Counted from the stretch's first letter, positions 50,631 to 62,000 are shown. The stretch is 64,000 nucleotides of DNA from Candidatus Latescibacterota bacterium (GCA_965219455.1 OZ244744.1:3424001-3488000); one strand, 5' to 3'. Notes: a model not told the origin generated them from the sequence alone. Translations and numbers: made by a program.

Positions 50631-51989
50631 GTGAAAACTTACGGCCGGATGAACCGAAAAACGCCTGTCGCGGGTCCACGCGGGGACATGTGCCTCGAGT
50701 ACCCTCCGCGTACGTCTCCCCGCCTTTTTTTCAGCGTCCTGGCCCTGAGTCTGTGTCTGCTCGGGGCCGCTTCGAATGCGCGCGCCGATAAACTGCTCAT
50801 CCCCATGGATCTTGGGCAGACGAATCATCTCAAGGCCTATGGGCTGGCGTACTGGGCGCTGCAACAGCGTATCGACGTGGAGTGGCTGCTCAACTACCGG
50901 GGCGGCGCTTTCATGTTGGACTACGTGGATACGGCGGCCGGGGAGGCGCGTCTGCGCGACGTTGTTTTCGAGCGTATCGCCGGTGCCGATGCCGCTCGAA
51001 TCTACGCGGAGATCGAGCACGGAAACATGAATCCGGTTCGGATGGAGAAGGCGCCGAAGATCGCGGTGTATACCCCACCCAACAAACAACCCTGGGACGA
51101 CGCCGTCACCCTGGCCCTGTCCTACGCCGAAATCCCATACGACATCCTCTGGGACGAAGAAGTGCTTGCGGGGAAACTCGCGGAGTACGACTGGCTGCAT
51201 CTGCATCACGAAGATTTCACCGGTCAGTATGGGAAATTTTTTCGCAGCCACGGCCATGAACTCTGGTACCGCCGCCAGCAGGCCCAGTTCGAAAGCCTTG
51301 CCAGTCGCCTCGGTTTCAAAAAGGTCTCCGGGGAAAAGGGCGCCGTTGCCCGGGCCATTCTGAAATACATTTCCGATGGCGGGTTCGTGTTTGCCATGTG
51401 TTCCGCGACGGACACCTTTGACATTGCGCTGGCTGCGACCGGTTTCGACATTGTGGATACCGTCTACGACGGGGACCCGCCTCACCCTGATGCGCAGGCC
51501 AGGCTGGACTTTTCAAGAACCATCGCCTTTGAGAACTTTTCCCTTGTCACGGACCCTATGGAATATGAACACGCGGACATCGACGTCTCGCCCACCACCG
51601 GCGCGCAGCTGCGAGGTCCCGACGCGGACGCATTCACCCTGTTTGAATTCTCGGCCAAATTCGATCCGGTGCCCACCATGCTCACCCAGAACCACGTGCC
51701 TGTTGTCCGCGGGTTTCTGGGGCAGACCACCGCATTTCGAAAGAGTCGAATCAAGAAGTCCGTCACCATAATGGGCGAGGTCAGCGGAACGGACCAGGTC
51801 AAATACATACACGGAAACGTGGGCCGGGGTACGTTTACATTTTACGCCGGCCACGACCCGGAAGATTATCGCCACTTCGTGGGCGACCCGCCCACGCAAC
51901 TCGCCCTGCGTCGGAACTCGCCAGGGTATCGCCTCATTTTAAACAACATCCTTTTCCCGGCTGCCAAAAAGCAGAAACGGAAAACCTGA
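50631..51989 (+). CDS. Conserved secreted protein of the FCB-group family often labelled 'asparagine synthetase B' (GATase-like fold)
   Basis: QTNHLKAYG, WLLNYRGG, PWDDAVT, HHEDFTGQYGKF, AMCSATD, GHDPEDY, NSPGYRLILNN. True start probably downstream of 50631. Confidence 0.75.
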   Translation: MKTYGRMNRKTPVAGPRGDMCLEYPPRTSPRLFFSVLALSLCLLGAASNARADKLLIPMDLGQTNHLKAYGLAYWALQQRIDVEWLLNYRGGAFMLDYVDTAAGEARLRDVVFERIAGADAARIYAEIEHGNMNPVRMEKAPKIAVYTPPNKQPWDDAVTLALSYAEIPYDILWDEEVLAGKLAEYDWLHLHHEDFTGQYGKFFRSHGHELWYRRQQAQFESLASRLGFKKVSGEKGAVARAILKYISDGGFVFAMCSATDTFDIALAATGFDIVDTVYDGDPPHPDAQARLDFSRTIAFENFSLVTDPMEYEHADIDVSPTTGAQLRGPDADAFTLFEFSAKFDPVPTMLTQNHVPVVRGFLGQTTAFRKSRIKKSVTIMGEVSGTDQVKYIHGNVGRGTFTFYAGHDPEDYRHFVGDPPTQLALRRNSPGYRLILNNILFPAAKKQKRKT

Positions 51990-52071
51990 ACGCGATTCCG
52001 GCGGCCAGCGGCCGGCATCCCGGAGAATCGCCGAAAACGGTACCTTCCGCCCCTCGAAGGATTGTCCAACC

Positions 52072-53067
52072 ATGCCTGAACGACCCGCAGACGACCTCGA
52101 AGCCGTCGAAAGACTGAAAACCGCCCACACCCGTATCACGGAGGGAATTGGCAAGATAATCGTGGGGCAGAAGAAGATTGTGGACCAATTGCTCATCGCA
52201 CTCCTGTGCGGCGGCCACTGCCTGCTTGTCGGGGTTCCCGGCCTGGCCAAAACGCTCCTTATCAGCACGCTTGCCAGAACGCTCAACCTCAGCTTCAGCC
52301 GCATTCAGTTCACGCCGGACCTGATGCCCTCGGATATCACCGGCACGGAAGTTCTCGAAGAAGACCAGCGCACCGGCCACAAGACCTTCCGTTTCGTCAA
52401 GGGTCCCCTCTTTGCGAACATCATTCTTGCGGACGAGGTCAACCGCACTCCCCCCAAGACCCAGGCCGCCCTGCTCCAGGCCATGCAGGAACACGAGGTT
52501 ACCGCCGGCGGCGACACGTTTCGTTTGGAAGAACCGTTTTTTGTGCTGGCCACACAGAACCCGATCGAACAGGAAGGCACGTATCCGCTGCCTGAAGCGC
52601 AGTTGGACCGGTTCATATTTAACCTCTGGATAGACTATCCAACCGAAGAGGAAGAGAAACAGATCGTTCGCACCACAACCAGCGCCTACACCGCGGAAAT
52701 CGAACCGGTATTCGACGCACGGGAAATCGTCGAACTCCAGCATCTCATTCGAAAGGTACCGGTGGCCGACTATGTGATTGACTACGCCGTGGGCCTCGCC
52801 CGCAAGACCCGGCCGGGAAACGACGGCGCGCCGGATTTCGTCTCCCGCATGGTCAACTGGGGCGCAGGTCCGCGGGCCTCCCAATTCCTCATCCTGGGCG
52901 CCAAAGCCCGTGCCATCCTCGAAGGACGGTACGCAGCCTCGATTGACGACGTCAAATCCGTCGCCGTCCCGGTTCTTCGCCATCGCATCGTCACCAGCTT
53001 TAACGCCGAGGCCGAAGGCGTCACGGCGCTTGAACTCGTGCAACGCCTTCTGGAAGAAACCACCTGA
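52072..53067 (+). CDS. moxR: MoxR family AAA+ ATPase
   Basis: GVPGLAKT, RIQFTPDLMPSD, DEVNR, ATQNPIEQEGTYPLPEAQLDRF. Confidence 0.95.
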   Translation: MPERPADDLEAVERLKTAHTRITEGIGKIIVGQKKIVDQLLIALLCGGHCLLVGVPGLAKTLLISTLARTLNLSFSRIQFTPDLMPSDITGTEVLEEDQRTGHKTFRFVKGPLFANIILADEVNRTPPKTQAALLQAMQEHEVTAGGDTFRLEEPFFVLATQNPIEQEGTYPLPEAQLDRFIFNLWIDYPTEEEEKQIVRTTTSAYTAEIEPVFDAREIVELQHLIRKVPVADYVIDYAVGLARKTRPGNDGAPDFVSRMVNWGAGPRASQFLILGAKARAILEGRYAASIDDVKSVAVPVLRHRIVTSFNAEAEGVTALELVQRLLEETT

Positions 53068-53088
53068 ATCCTCAATTCCTGGCGCCAG

Positions 53089-53985
53089 ATGCCCGATTAC
53101 CGCACCTACCTCCAGCCCGAAGTTGTCGCCCGCCTGTCCCGCCTCGACCTGGTTGCCCGCCTCGTGGTTGAGGGCTTTATCACGGGCTTGCACCAGAGTC
53201 CCTACCACGGATTCTCGGTTGAATTCTCCGAATATCGTCAATATATACCGGGCGACCCGCTCCGCAACGTCGACTGGAAGGTTTACGGCAAAACCGACAG
53301 ACTGTATGTAAAACAATACGAAGAAGAAACCAACCTCAAGGCCTACATCCTCCTGGACGCCAGCGCGTCAATGGCCTACGGCTCGAATGGCCTCACCAAA
53401 TTTCAGTACGCTGCCTATACCGCTGCCGCGCTCTCCTACCTGATGCTGCGCCAGCGCGACGCCGTGGGCCTGGTATCCTTCGACCGCGGCATCCGATCCT
53501 ACCTGCCGCCCAAATCCGCGGGGACCCATCTTCACGCTCTGCTTGAAACGCTGCAGAATACCGACCCCGAGGGCGAAGACACCGACCTTGCCACCACCTT
53601 CCACAGCCTTGCCGAGCGCATTGTGCGCCGCGGCCTCATCGTGGTCCTGTCCGATTTGATGGACGATCCGCGCGCTCTGCTTTCCGGCCTGAAACACTTC
53701 CGCCACCGAAAACACGAAGTCATTGTGTTCCACATACAGGACCCCAGGGAACGCGATCTCGAATTCGGTCGCGAAACCCGATTCGTCGATCTCGAATCCG
53801 GCGCTTCCGTAACCACCGAACCCTGGCACGTCGCCTCCGATTACAGGGACCATATGGACGCCCTTACCGGGCGATTAGCCCGTGAATGCCGTGAAAGCCT
53901 CATCGACTACGTTCTGCTGGACACCGCAATGCCGTTCGATACCGTGCTGTTCAATTATCTGGCAAAGCGCAAACGCCTGATGTGA
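53089..53985 (+). CDS. DUF58 (VWA-like) protein
   Basis: GLHQSPYHG.SVEF.EYR.Y.PGD, DWK, DASAS, SD motifs. Confidence 0.92.
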   Translation: MPDYRTYLQPEVVARLSRLDLVARLVVEGFITGLHQSPYHGFSVEFSEYRQYIPGDPLRNVDWKVYGKTDRLYVKQYEEETNLKAYILLDASASMAYGSNGLTKFQYAAYTAAALSYLMLRQRDAVGLVSFDRGIRSYLPPKSAGTHLHALLETLQNTDPEGEDTDLATTFHSLAERIVRRGLIVVLSDLMDDPRALLSGLKHFRHRKHEVIVFHIQDPRERDLEFGRETRFVDLESGASVTTEPWHVASDYRDHMDALTGRLARECRESLIDYVLLDTAMPFDTVLFNYLAKRKRLM

Positions 53986-54032
53986 CGTAAATCGTTCGTC
54001 TGCTTACCTTTTTCGACACTTGTGAGGATCCC

Positions 54033-55073
54033 ATGGATCGTGTGCGCGTGGGTATCGTCGGCGCGGGGAAAATGGGGCGTACGCATATCGACGCCCTCAG
54101 AGACGTGACGCAGGGCGAAGCCGTTGCCGTGAACGATCCCGCCAACCTTCCGGGAGTCGGCCCCGGCCTTGCCGGTCAGTACGGCCTGGACTACGAGAAT
54201 AGCCTGGAATCGCTTGTTGCCAGGGACGATATCCACGCCGTCATCGTGACCACGCCCCACGCCCTGCACGCCGAACACGCCATTGCCGCACTCGAGGCAG
54301 GCAAACATGTGCTCGTGGAGAAACCCCTGGAGCTTACGTTGGACAAGTGCGACGCGATTATTCAGAGCGCGGATCGAATGAAACGCAAACTCATGGTCGC
54401 GCAGAGCCACCGGTACTGGGAGGGCGACGCCGTATCCAAACGCCTTCTTGATGAGGGCGCAATCGGTCGGCTGCTTATGTGCAGGGATACCCTCGCCACG
54501 CCCGGCTACCGCAGACCCAATCCCGATCGTGCATGGTTCACGGACCCGGATCTCTACGGTCGGGGCGGCCTCATCGCGTGGGGCGTCCACAATATCGACC
54601 GTCTGCGCTGGTGGTTCGAAAGCGAAGCCGACTTTGTTTTCGCCCGGTCCTATGCCCTTCGTACCGAGGTTCCCGGCGATCTCACGTCCAACATGGTGAT
54701 GATTGCATTCCGGGACGGCGGCAGCGCCCACCTCATCTACTCCGAAGCCCTGCCTCCGCCGGGCTGGAAGGGCTTCAGTTGCGGCGCTGAACTCGTCGGC
54801 GACAAGGGCCTGATGGAAGTCGACCCTTACAATACTGTCAAAGTCGCGCGTGAAGGCGCGACGGAATGGGATACGGTTTACGACATCGCCGCGGTAGAGG
54901 ACCCGCGGCAGAAAGCATTTGCGGATGAAGTTCGGGACTTCATCGGCTGTATCGTCAACGACACGCCACCCCCGGTCACCGGGGAAGACGGCCGGGCGGC
55001 CGTGGAGATCGCCCTGGCCGCTTACCAGTCCTCCCGGACCGGCGAAGCGATCAAGCTGCCCCTCGTAGATTGA
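54033..55073 (+). CDS. Gfo/Idh/MocA family oxidoreductase
   Basis: GIVGAGKMG, GKHVLVEKP, GVHNID. Confidence 0.92.
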   Translation: MDRVRVGIVGAGKMGRTHIDALRDVTQGEAVAVNDPANLPGVGPGLAGQYGLDYENSLESLVARDDIHAVIVTTPHALHAEHAIAALEAGKHVLVEKPLELTLDKCDAIIQSADRMKRKLMVAQSHRYWEGDAVSKRLLDEGAIGRLLMCRDTLATPGYRRPNPDRAWFTDPDLYGRGGLIAWGVHNIDRLRWWFESEADFVFARSYALRTEVPGDLTSNMVMIAFRDGGSAHLIYSEALPPPGWKGFSCGAELVGDKGLMEVDPYNTVKVAREGATEWDTVYDIAAVEDPRQKAFADEVRDFIGCIVNDTPPPVTGEDGRAAVEIALAAYQSSRTGEAIKLPLVD

Positions 55074-55155
55074 TTCGTGTGGGTTGTCTGTCACCGCGCC
55101 GAATGATTCTTCACGGCCAATGCGCGTTCCTCGCAGGTGAAAGCGAACCTGGACC

Positions 55156-55767
55156 ATGAAACCTGACACCGCTGAAGAATCGGACGCCGTCCTCGGAGCA
55201 CGCATGAAAGAACTCTTTGTGGCGCAACACGACAAGCCTTCTGCGTTGGGAGAAATCAACCTGTCCCGTCTCACTCCGTTTCAGAGGGGGATGCTGGTTA
55301 CGGACGGGACCGTGACACGGTTCATCGAAGCGTATACAATGGCGCCGGTGGAGGTTTTCCGCCTCCAGCAGTCGGAACGGACGCTCTCCGGCGGACATCC
55401 GTGGTTGGAGTTACCCATCGGGGCGAAGGTGATCTCAAGGCAGTCGGTGATTCGAGTCCACACGCCCGACGGCTCTCCATCGACCATTCATGTGTACGCA
55501 GACTCGTTGATCGTGCCGCATCGTCTGCCGAAATCCATTCTGGATGGGTTGGCGTCCGACAGGGAGGGATTGGGCGGGCTCCTGCGGCGAATCGGTCTGG
55601 AGAGTCGGCGCGAACTGCTCTGGTGCGGTATGGAGTCATTGAGCGGTCTGCCGGGTGCCGTCGCGCACCTTGAAGGCGGGAAGTTCATCAGTCGCTCCTA
55701 CCGGGTCATTGCGAAGCAGAAAACGCTTATGCTGATCAATGAGAAGTTCCCACTTTCTGTGACTTAG
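55156..55767 (+). CDS. Chorismate pyruvate-lyase-like (DUF98/UbiC fold) protein
   Basis: TDGTVTRFIEA, ADSLIVPHRLP, GLG.LL, ESRREL, RSYRVI, INEKFP. Confidence 0.75.
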   Translation: MKPDTAEESDAVLGARMKELFVAQHDKPSALGEINLSRLTPFQRGMLVTDGTVTRFIEAYTMAPVEVFRLQQSERTLSGGHPWLELPIGAKVISRQSVIRVHTPDGSPSTIHVYADSLIVPHRLPKSILDGLASDREGLGGLLRRIGLESRRELLWCGMESLSGLPGAVAHLEGGKFISRSYRVIAKQKTLMLINEKFPLSVT

Positions 55768-55953
55768 ATTGCCCGCTGGAACCGGCTGTCAGGTTACCCG
55801 AAAGTATCGCAGCCACAGAGGAAGTTTCAAGGGATTGGGGTTAAACCTCGGGATACCCTGCGGGAGCGTTTGAGGTGCGGGGTTTTTGTGTTTTGGATCG
55901 GTAACCGTCGAGTGTGCGACGGCTTTTTTGTCTTCGCGTCTGGAGGATTTACG

Positions 55954-56691
55954 ATGAATGACGTTGCTCTTTTGACCGTGAACCCGCTCGACTACGGGCG
56001 CTCGTTCCTGATTGGGAAGGGGCGAACAAATGAGGTACGCTTCTGGATCGAGTCGCGCACCCGCGTTATCGACGAAAGGGAGGGGATCAGCGAGGATTTC
56101 TACCAGACCGCCTCCTGCAAGAGCGAGAACACGTTTCATAAAAGGGATTTATTTCAACGTGACAACTACGATTATCTGCCGATCTTCAGCGCCGGGTACG
56201 GACTCATCTTCCGGCGTCCCGCCTGTCTCAGCGCCCGCTACCGGGAAACGCGGCCGTACGAGGAGATGTTCGGCGGCTACGACCTCCACCTCGTCGAGGG
56301 CGAGCGCATTCGGGAGTTGCCGTCGAACGCGTCCATCCGCGAGGAAACGTATCGCTTCGCGCCGCTGGTCTCGCAGACCGAAATCCGCAACGAAGAAACC
56401 GGGCTGAGGGCCCTGATCGAATGTCCGGTGAAGACCATGAACACCCGCCGCGAGGACGACCGCTACCAGGTCGACACCGGTCCGCTCGCCTTTCCCGATC
56501 TCTCCACGAGGCCTGAACGGCTTGTCGACTGCCTCTCGCTCGCCTTCGTTGCCTTCAACGCCTCCCACTTCGCCGATTTCGTGGTCGAAGCGCCAACCCC
56601 CGTCGATGCCCGCCATCCCGATCTACAAGTCCACCACTTCTCGAAGATCGTCAGCCTCCCGGCGCGCAACCGGCTTTTCGCAGTTGAGTAG
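55954..56691 (+). CDS. Conserved hypothetical protein
   Basis: GGAGG RBS and strong GC3 bias; motifs SCKSENTF, ECPVKTMN, YQVDTGP. Function not recognised. Confidence 0.7.
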   Translation: MNDVALLTVNPLDYGRSFLIGKGRTNEVRFWIESRTRVIDEREGISEDFYQTASCKSENTFHKRDLFQRDNYDYLPIFSAGYGLIFRRPACLSARYRETRPYEEMFGGYDLHLVEGERIRELPSNASIREETYRFAPLVSQTEIRNEETGLRALIECPVKTMNTRREDDRYQVDTGPLAFPDLSTRPERLVDCLSLAFVAFNASHFADFVVEAPTPVDARHPDLQVHHFSKIVSLPARNRLFAVE

Positions 56692-56835
56692 GGTTTTAGC
56701 TACATTATAGCTACAATATCGGAGGTGTTCTTGCGACATTCAAGTCCTGCGGTTTGCCGCAGGGTGACGATGCCGTCACTGGCCGCTTCCCTGATGCGAG
56801 CCTCTACAGCAGATCTGTATTGAACTTTACCATGA

Positions 56836-56850
56836 TGGCACGATCGTTGC
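56836..56850 (+). promoter_or_regulatory. sigma54 (-24/-12) consensus upstream of the AAA ATPase operon
   Basis: TGGCACG-ATCG-TTGC matches TGGCACG-N4-TTGC. Confidence 0.6.
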
Positions 56851-57036
56851 CTGTGTTATGCTCCTTGACAGCGCATTGGAAAAGGGGCATTTATTGTAGG
56901 AAATTGTACTTCGATTTCTTGCATTAAGCGCGCGACTTCAGTCGCGACGCGGATCCCGCATTCTCCCGAGAGGTACTCGACTGCCGGAAACGCACACTGT
57001 AACGACGTCGAGAATTGAATCGAAAGGTATTTTCTC

Positions 57037-58329
57037 ATGATTACTGAGATTGAGATCGGGGGCTACCGGCTTCTAGACGAATTCAAGGCGGACCTCACGC
57101 CGACCACGGTGGTGATTGGTGCGAACGCGGTTGGCAAGAGTACGCTTATTGATTGTCTGCAACTGATAGGGGAGTGTTGCGAGGTCCCGCTAAATACGGC
57201 AATGGGTTGGCATCACGGGGCAGCGTCGATGCTTTCTTCGGGCAATGTTAACAGACAGTTGACATGGAACATCACTTTTCATCACCCCACCCTATCGGAC
57301 ATATTGCACTTAGATGCAGAAAAATCGCTGATATACGAGGTCGTATTGGTGCCAGATACTCAGAACCAAATGTATTCCCGATACGAAGTTCTCAAAAATC
57401 AAGTGCCAGCACCTGGTCATAAGGAACCCTTCAAGTTCTTGGAGGCGACCCCATACCGGCAGCAGATATTCGACAGAAGACAGGGAAAGTTCACAACGTT
57501 TGATGAAGCGCAATCGTCAACTGAAATTGTACGTGAGTCCAATTCCGGAGAGACTGCCCACCCGAGCGTTCCGGCACAGACCGCGCAACAAGAAGTGGCC
57601 TTGCTGCTTTCGCAGATTAGGTTTTTCAACGAGTTTCCCATTCCTTCTTTGGTGCGGATTTTGTTGGCACATATGGCGTTCTATCCGGGCTTCGATGTAA
57701 CACGTTCATCCTCGCTTCGCACGAAGGCCGCCGACATTTCGCCAGTTACGACATTATCGGGCAATGGCGACAATCTCGGTACGGTGCTGCACGAAATTCT
57801 GACTAGATATGACTACCGGTCATCTGCAGAGGAATTGCGCGAATTTCTGCGCGTAGCTTACCCGGCATTTGAGGAAATTCATTGCGACACTACCTATGGA
57901 ACGCCGCCGCAGGTGCTCGTGGGCGTGCGCGAGAAGGGCATGCGCAGGTCCATGAATCTCTGGGAACTTTCGGACGGTATGCTACGATTCCTCTGCCTGG
58001 CGACGGCTCTATTGAATCCAGTGCCTCGCATGACGGTAGCAATTGATGAACCCGAATTGGGCTTGCACCCTGGGCTTTTGCCCGTTGTCGCCGAAATGAT
58101 CAAGACAGCTGCTGAGCGCGCCCAGGTTCTGGTCACGACACACAGCCCGGATCTGCTCAACTGTTTCGATATAGCCGATGTGGCTGTGATGGCTCGTGAT
58201 TCGGATAATGCAAAGGTCGTATGGCATCGTCCGGCGAACCGTAAGACGCTCGTGGAAATGCTGGAGAATGTTGCCGGCGACACGCTTGGCGACCTACATC
58301 GCTCCGGCGAACTGGAGGCCGGCGCATGA
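57037..58329 (+). CDS. AAA_21 / ABC-type ATPase (defence/TA-associated type)
   Basis: GANAVGKS, LSDG, IDEPELGLHP, TTHSP; no TM segments. Confidence 0.88.
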   Translation: MITEIEIGGYRLLDEFKADLTPTTVVIGANAVGKSTLIDCLQLIGECCEVPLNTAMGWHHGAASMLSSGNVNRQLTWNITFHHPTLSDILHLDAEKSLIYEVVLVPDTQNQMYSRYEVLKNQVPAPGHKEPFKFLEATPYRQQIFDRRQGKFTTFDEAQSSTEIVRESNSGETAHPSVPAQTAQQEVALLLSQIRFFNEFPIPSLVRILLAHMAFYPGFDVTRSSSLRTKAADISPVTTLSGNGDNLGTVLHEILTRYDYRSSAEELREFLRVAYPAFEEIHCDTTYGTPPQVLVGVREKGMRRSMNLWELSDGMLRFLCLATALLNPVPRMTVAIDEPELGLHPGLLPVVAEMIKTAAERAQVLVTTHSPDLLNCFDIADVAVMARDSDNAKVVWHRPANRKTLVEMLENVAGDTLGDLHRSGELEAGA

Positions 58330-58991
58330 AGGTCTGGGTGTTTGTGGAGGGGAGGTCTGACATTGGGGCATTAAAGGCGTTGTGGGACGGGTGGAGGCGG
58401 AAACTTGGTGAAAGAGGTTGGGGGATTCAATTCATATCTCTCGAAAATAAGCACAAATATCTTAGAAAAATCGGCGCACAAGCGACCGGGAAATTGGTAG
58501 ACGATCGACTCGACCTGGTCGTGGGCCTACCAGATCTCTATCCGAATAAGGGCATTGCTGCGGAATACAAGCACAGGAATTTGGAGGATCTACGAGACGT
58601 GCAAAACCGGCTTGTCAGGCAGGATTTGGAAAAGCGGGGCATCAGAAGGGCTGATGTTGACAGCCATATAGACCGTTTTTACGCAAGCGCGATGAAACAT
58701 GACATGGAAGTGCTGCTCCTCGCGGCGACGAGTCAACTTCGGTCCCGCCTAAACATGTCGAACGAACCCGGAAGCTGGCAACGACCGCCCGAAAAACAGA
58801 ATCAAGAAAGACCACCGAAGAGAGTCGTCGAAGAACTCTTCAAGAGACATCTCAAGCGGTCCTATCGAGAAATTACGGATAGCGATGCCATCCTGAGAAA
58901 CGCAGACCTTCACGACATCGCGGAGCATTGTCCAACATTCGGCGCCATGATCGATTGGATCGGCGAGAAAACACACGTCCCCGGATATTGA
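58326..58991 (+). CDS. DUF4276-like TOPRIM-fold protein
   Basis: VFVEGRSD, PDLY, HDMEVLLLA, PE....PPK motifs; ATGA overlap with the ATPase. Confidence 0.78.
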   Translation: MKVWVFVEGRSDIGALKALWDGWRRKLGERGWGIQFISLENKHKYLRKIGAQATGKLVDDRLDLVVGLPDLYPNKGIAAEYKHRNLEDLRDVQNRLVRQDLEKRGIRRADVDSHIDRFYASAMKHDMEVLLLAATSQLRSRLNMSNEPGSWQRPPEKQNQERPPKRVVEELFKRHLKRSYREITDSDAILRNADLHDIAEHCPTFGAMIDWIGEKTHVPGY

Positions 58992-59030
58992 TCCACCGGC
59001 CTATTCCGTTGCCTCCGCACGAAAACAGAC

Positions 59031-62000
59031 ATGAATAAACCGATCTCCCAGTCTGAATCACCACGGTGTCCGTCCTGCGGTGCCTCAATGGCGCTTCGCA
59101 CGGCGAAGAAGGGACGAAACCCCGGAGAGCAGTTCTGGGGCTGTACAAAATTCCCCAGGTGTCGAGGTACGCGGAATGTCAGGGATGAATCGGAGCCGGC
59201 TGAACCCTCCCGCAAGAGCCGGTTGTCGCCGGACGCCCTGCTTCCGGTCGAATGGATCGAAGGCGTGCGGCGCGCGGACTTCATCCCCGAGTACGTGTCC
59301 GTGGGAGCAGTGCCCGGAATCCTTCAGGATCGGCTCGGCGACGACGCGCGTTTGACACGGGCCCTCAGCCAGTGCGTGCTGCTCTCGCGCAGAAGCCGCG
59401 AACGCGGGGAAGGGGTCGAGCACGTCCGCTTCGCAACCGCGCTGCTTCTCAAGTTGCTGCGTCGCGGCCATACGCCCCTGGCGACGTTGGATGTCGAACG
59501 CGAGGGACTGCGTTCCCGCGGCCTTTTGAATAGGGTAAGCGAAATCGACGAAGATGGGACGGATGTCGGTTGGGCGCCACAGCCCGGCGCGTTGCTGCGT
59601 TTGACAGCCGAAGCCGTCCTTGCCGGGGTAACTGAAAAAGTCCCTTTTATTCTCGACCCTGCTTTCGACTTCGATACCGGTTCGGACGAATCGCTGCTGC
59701 AGAGCCAGGCCGAAGCCTGGTTCCTCAATCAATGGGTGCCCACGGCGCTCGGGCCCGCGTCCGGCCACTGGTTCACCCCGCAGGCGCCATTGGACAGGTT
59801 GGTTGAATCCGCAGGGGAATACGGGAGCGGCGCCCGTCGTGTTGACTTTCTCTTCAGCCACCCCGGTGGATCGCCTTTCGCCATGGAGATCGATGGTCCG
59901 GAACACGAGGGATCGGTCGAGGTGGACAAAGCGCGCGATGAATCATTGCGTTCCATCGGGATTGACGTTCTACGCATCACCAACGCGGAAGTGCAGAATG
60001 GCCGTGGAGCGATGCTAGAAAAGATTCGCGGTCGATGCCAACGGGTACTCACCGCATTCGCCCGGGCCACAGGCGAGGAGAGGGCTGTCGCGTCACTCGC
60101 CGTTGAGTGCGCCAACGCGGCCAGGGTGCAGTTCGTCGTCGCCCGCGCCCTGGCGTATGGATGGCTGACGCCGGGCGAAAGCTGGGAGATCGATATCCGT
60201 GGGGCCGGATCGCCGGCCGCGTCCGGCGTGCTGGACGCGCTTCGGTTACTGGCAGGCATCGATATTCTGTATGGCGGCTGTTCGGTCCCAACCGGATGTA
60301 CTGTACGCGCGGATAACGGGTTCGTCAGGACCTGGATGCGGGAGGGCGGCGGGCGGTGGGTGACGACCACTGTTTTCGACGCACCCGTGGACCGGTTGGC
60401 CATTGCCGTCGAGTCCACAACGAGCCCGTTCCATCGCGTCAGTGGCGAAGGGCTGGATTTCGTCATTCGCCCGGTGTACGTCCCGGCATTGATCGCGGCC
60501 GGGCAGTCGTTCGATCTGCGCCGGCGAGCAACGGCGGTGTCGACCTACGAAGAGGCCCGCGCGCCGCTCAGGATGTTCCTCCGGAACATATTTCGCAAAC
60601 GGGATTTCCGCCCCATGCAGGGGCAGGCCATCTTCAATGTGCTTCGACAAAACGACAGCGTCGTGCTGCTTCAGACCGGCGGGGGCAAGAGTATAATCTA
60701 TCAGCTCGCCGGGCTCCTGATGCCCGGCGTAACACTGGTGGTCGATCCCATAACCGCGTTAATTGAAGACCAGGTCGAGGGTCTAAGGTCCTACGGAATC
60801 GATCGGGCGGCTTCAATTACCAGCTATCTTGCCTCCCGGGAAGAGCGCGAGCGTCTGCTCCGCAGGGTCGAACGGGGCGAGTACCTGTTCGTGCTGCATG
60901 CGCCTGAACGGCTGCAGTCGCCCCAATTCCGGACGTCGCTCCGCGCGCTGGTGGAGTGCACGTTTGTCAACCTGGCCGTCATCGATGAAGCGCACTGCGT
61001 ATCGGAGTGGGGGCACGACTTCCGGCCAGCGTATCTGAATCTCGCGAACAACCTGAGGAGGCTCGGCGCGGACCGTGAATTTCGTCCGCCGCCGCTCCTG
61101 GCCCTGACCGGAACCGCCTCGCGCGCGGTCCTTAGGGATATGCTTGCCGATTTAGGTATCGACAGGAACCGCTCGGACGCGTTGATCCGCCCCGAGTCGT
61201 TCGACCGTTCCGAAATTCGCTTTGAAATCGTACGCACCTCCCCGGTCCAGGAACCCTCGGCGGCACTGCGGGGCGTACTGAACGCATTGCCCGGTAAATT
61301 CGGGTTGCCACGGGCGGAGTTCTACCGGTCGTCTGGCGCCGAAACGGCTTCGGGTATCGTATTCGTTCCCACGGTCAAGGCTCGTACCTACGGGGTGCAG
61401 GATGCACGCCGTATTGTGCAACAGGCAACGGGTGCGGACGTCACCATATACTCCGGCAACCCGCCCTCGTCCCTGGATGCCGACAAATGGCATGCGCAGA
61501 AACGCGAGAACGCGGCCGACTTCAAAGCCAATCGTGTGCCCGTGCTCGTTGCCACAAAGGCGTTCGGGATGGGGATCGACAAACCGAATATCCGATATAC
61601 CGTGCATTTCGGAATGCCCATGTCCCTCGAGAGCTTCTACCAGGAGGCCGGCCGCGCGGGGCGAGACCGAAAACTCGCGCGCGCGACGGTCGTGTTTTCG
61701 GAATACGACCCGGGTCGCTCCGGGGAACTGATTGATCCCGACCTTGATCTCGAGTCCCTTCGCGGCAGGTTTGAAGAGATTGAAGGGAATCGCCAAACAG
61801 CGGATGACCTTTCCCGCGCGTTGTGGTTCCACCTGCAGGCGTTCGGTGGGGCGGCGCGCGAAATCGACGATGTAACCGATCTGCTGAATGCGCTGGGAGA
61901 TCTCTCTGCCAGGCAACGTATTGAACGACCCTATGCAGACGGTGACAACCGAATCAGACAAGAGAAAGCTATCTACAGGCTAATCAGGCTCGGCGTGATT

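Noticed and set aside
50631-51989. Real asparagine synthetase (asnB)
   Set aside because: No N-terminal Ntn Cys domain and no SGGLDS motif; it has a signal-like segment.
55790-55950. Possible riboswitch in the leader of the 55954 gene
   Set aside because: Some pairing potential but no aptamer consensus that I can recognise; needs an Rfam search.
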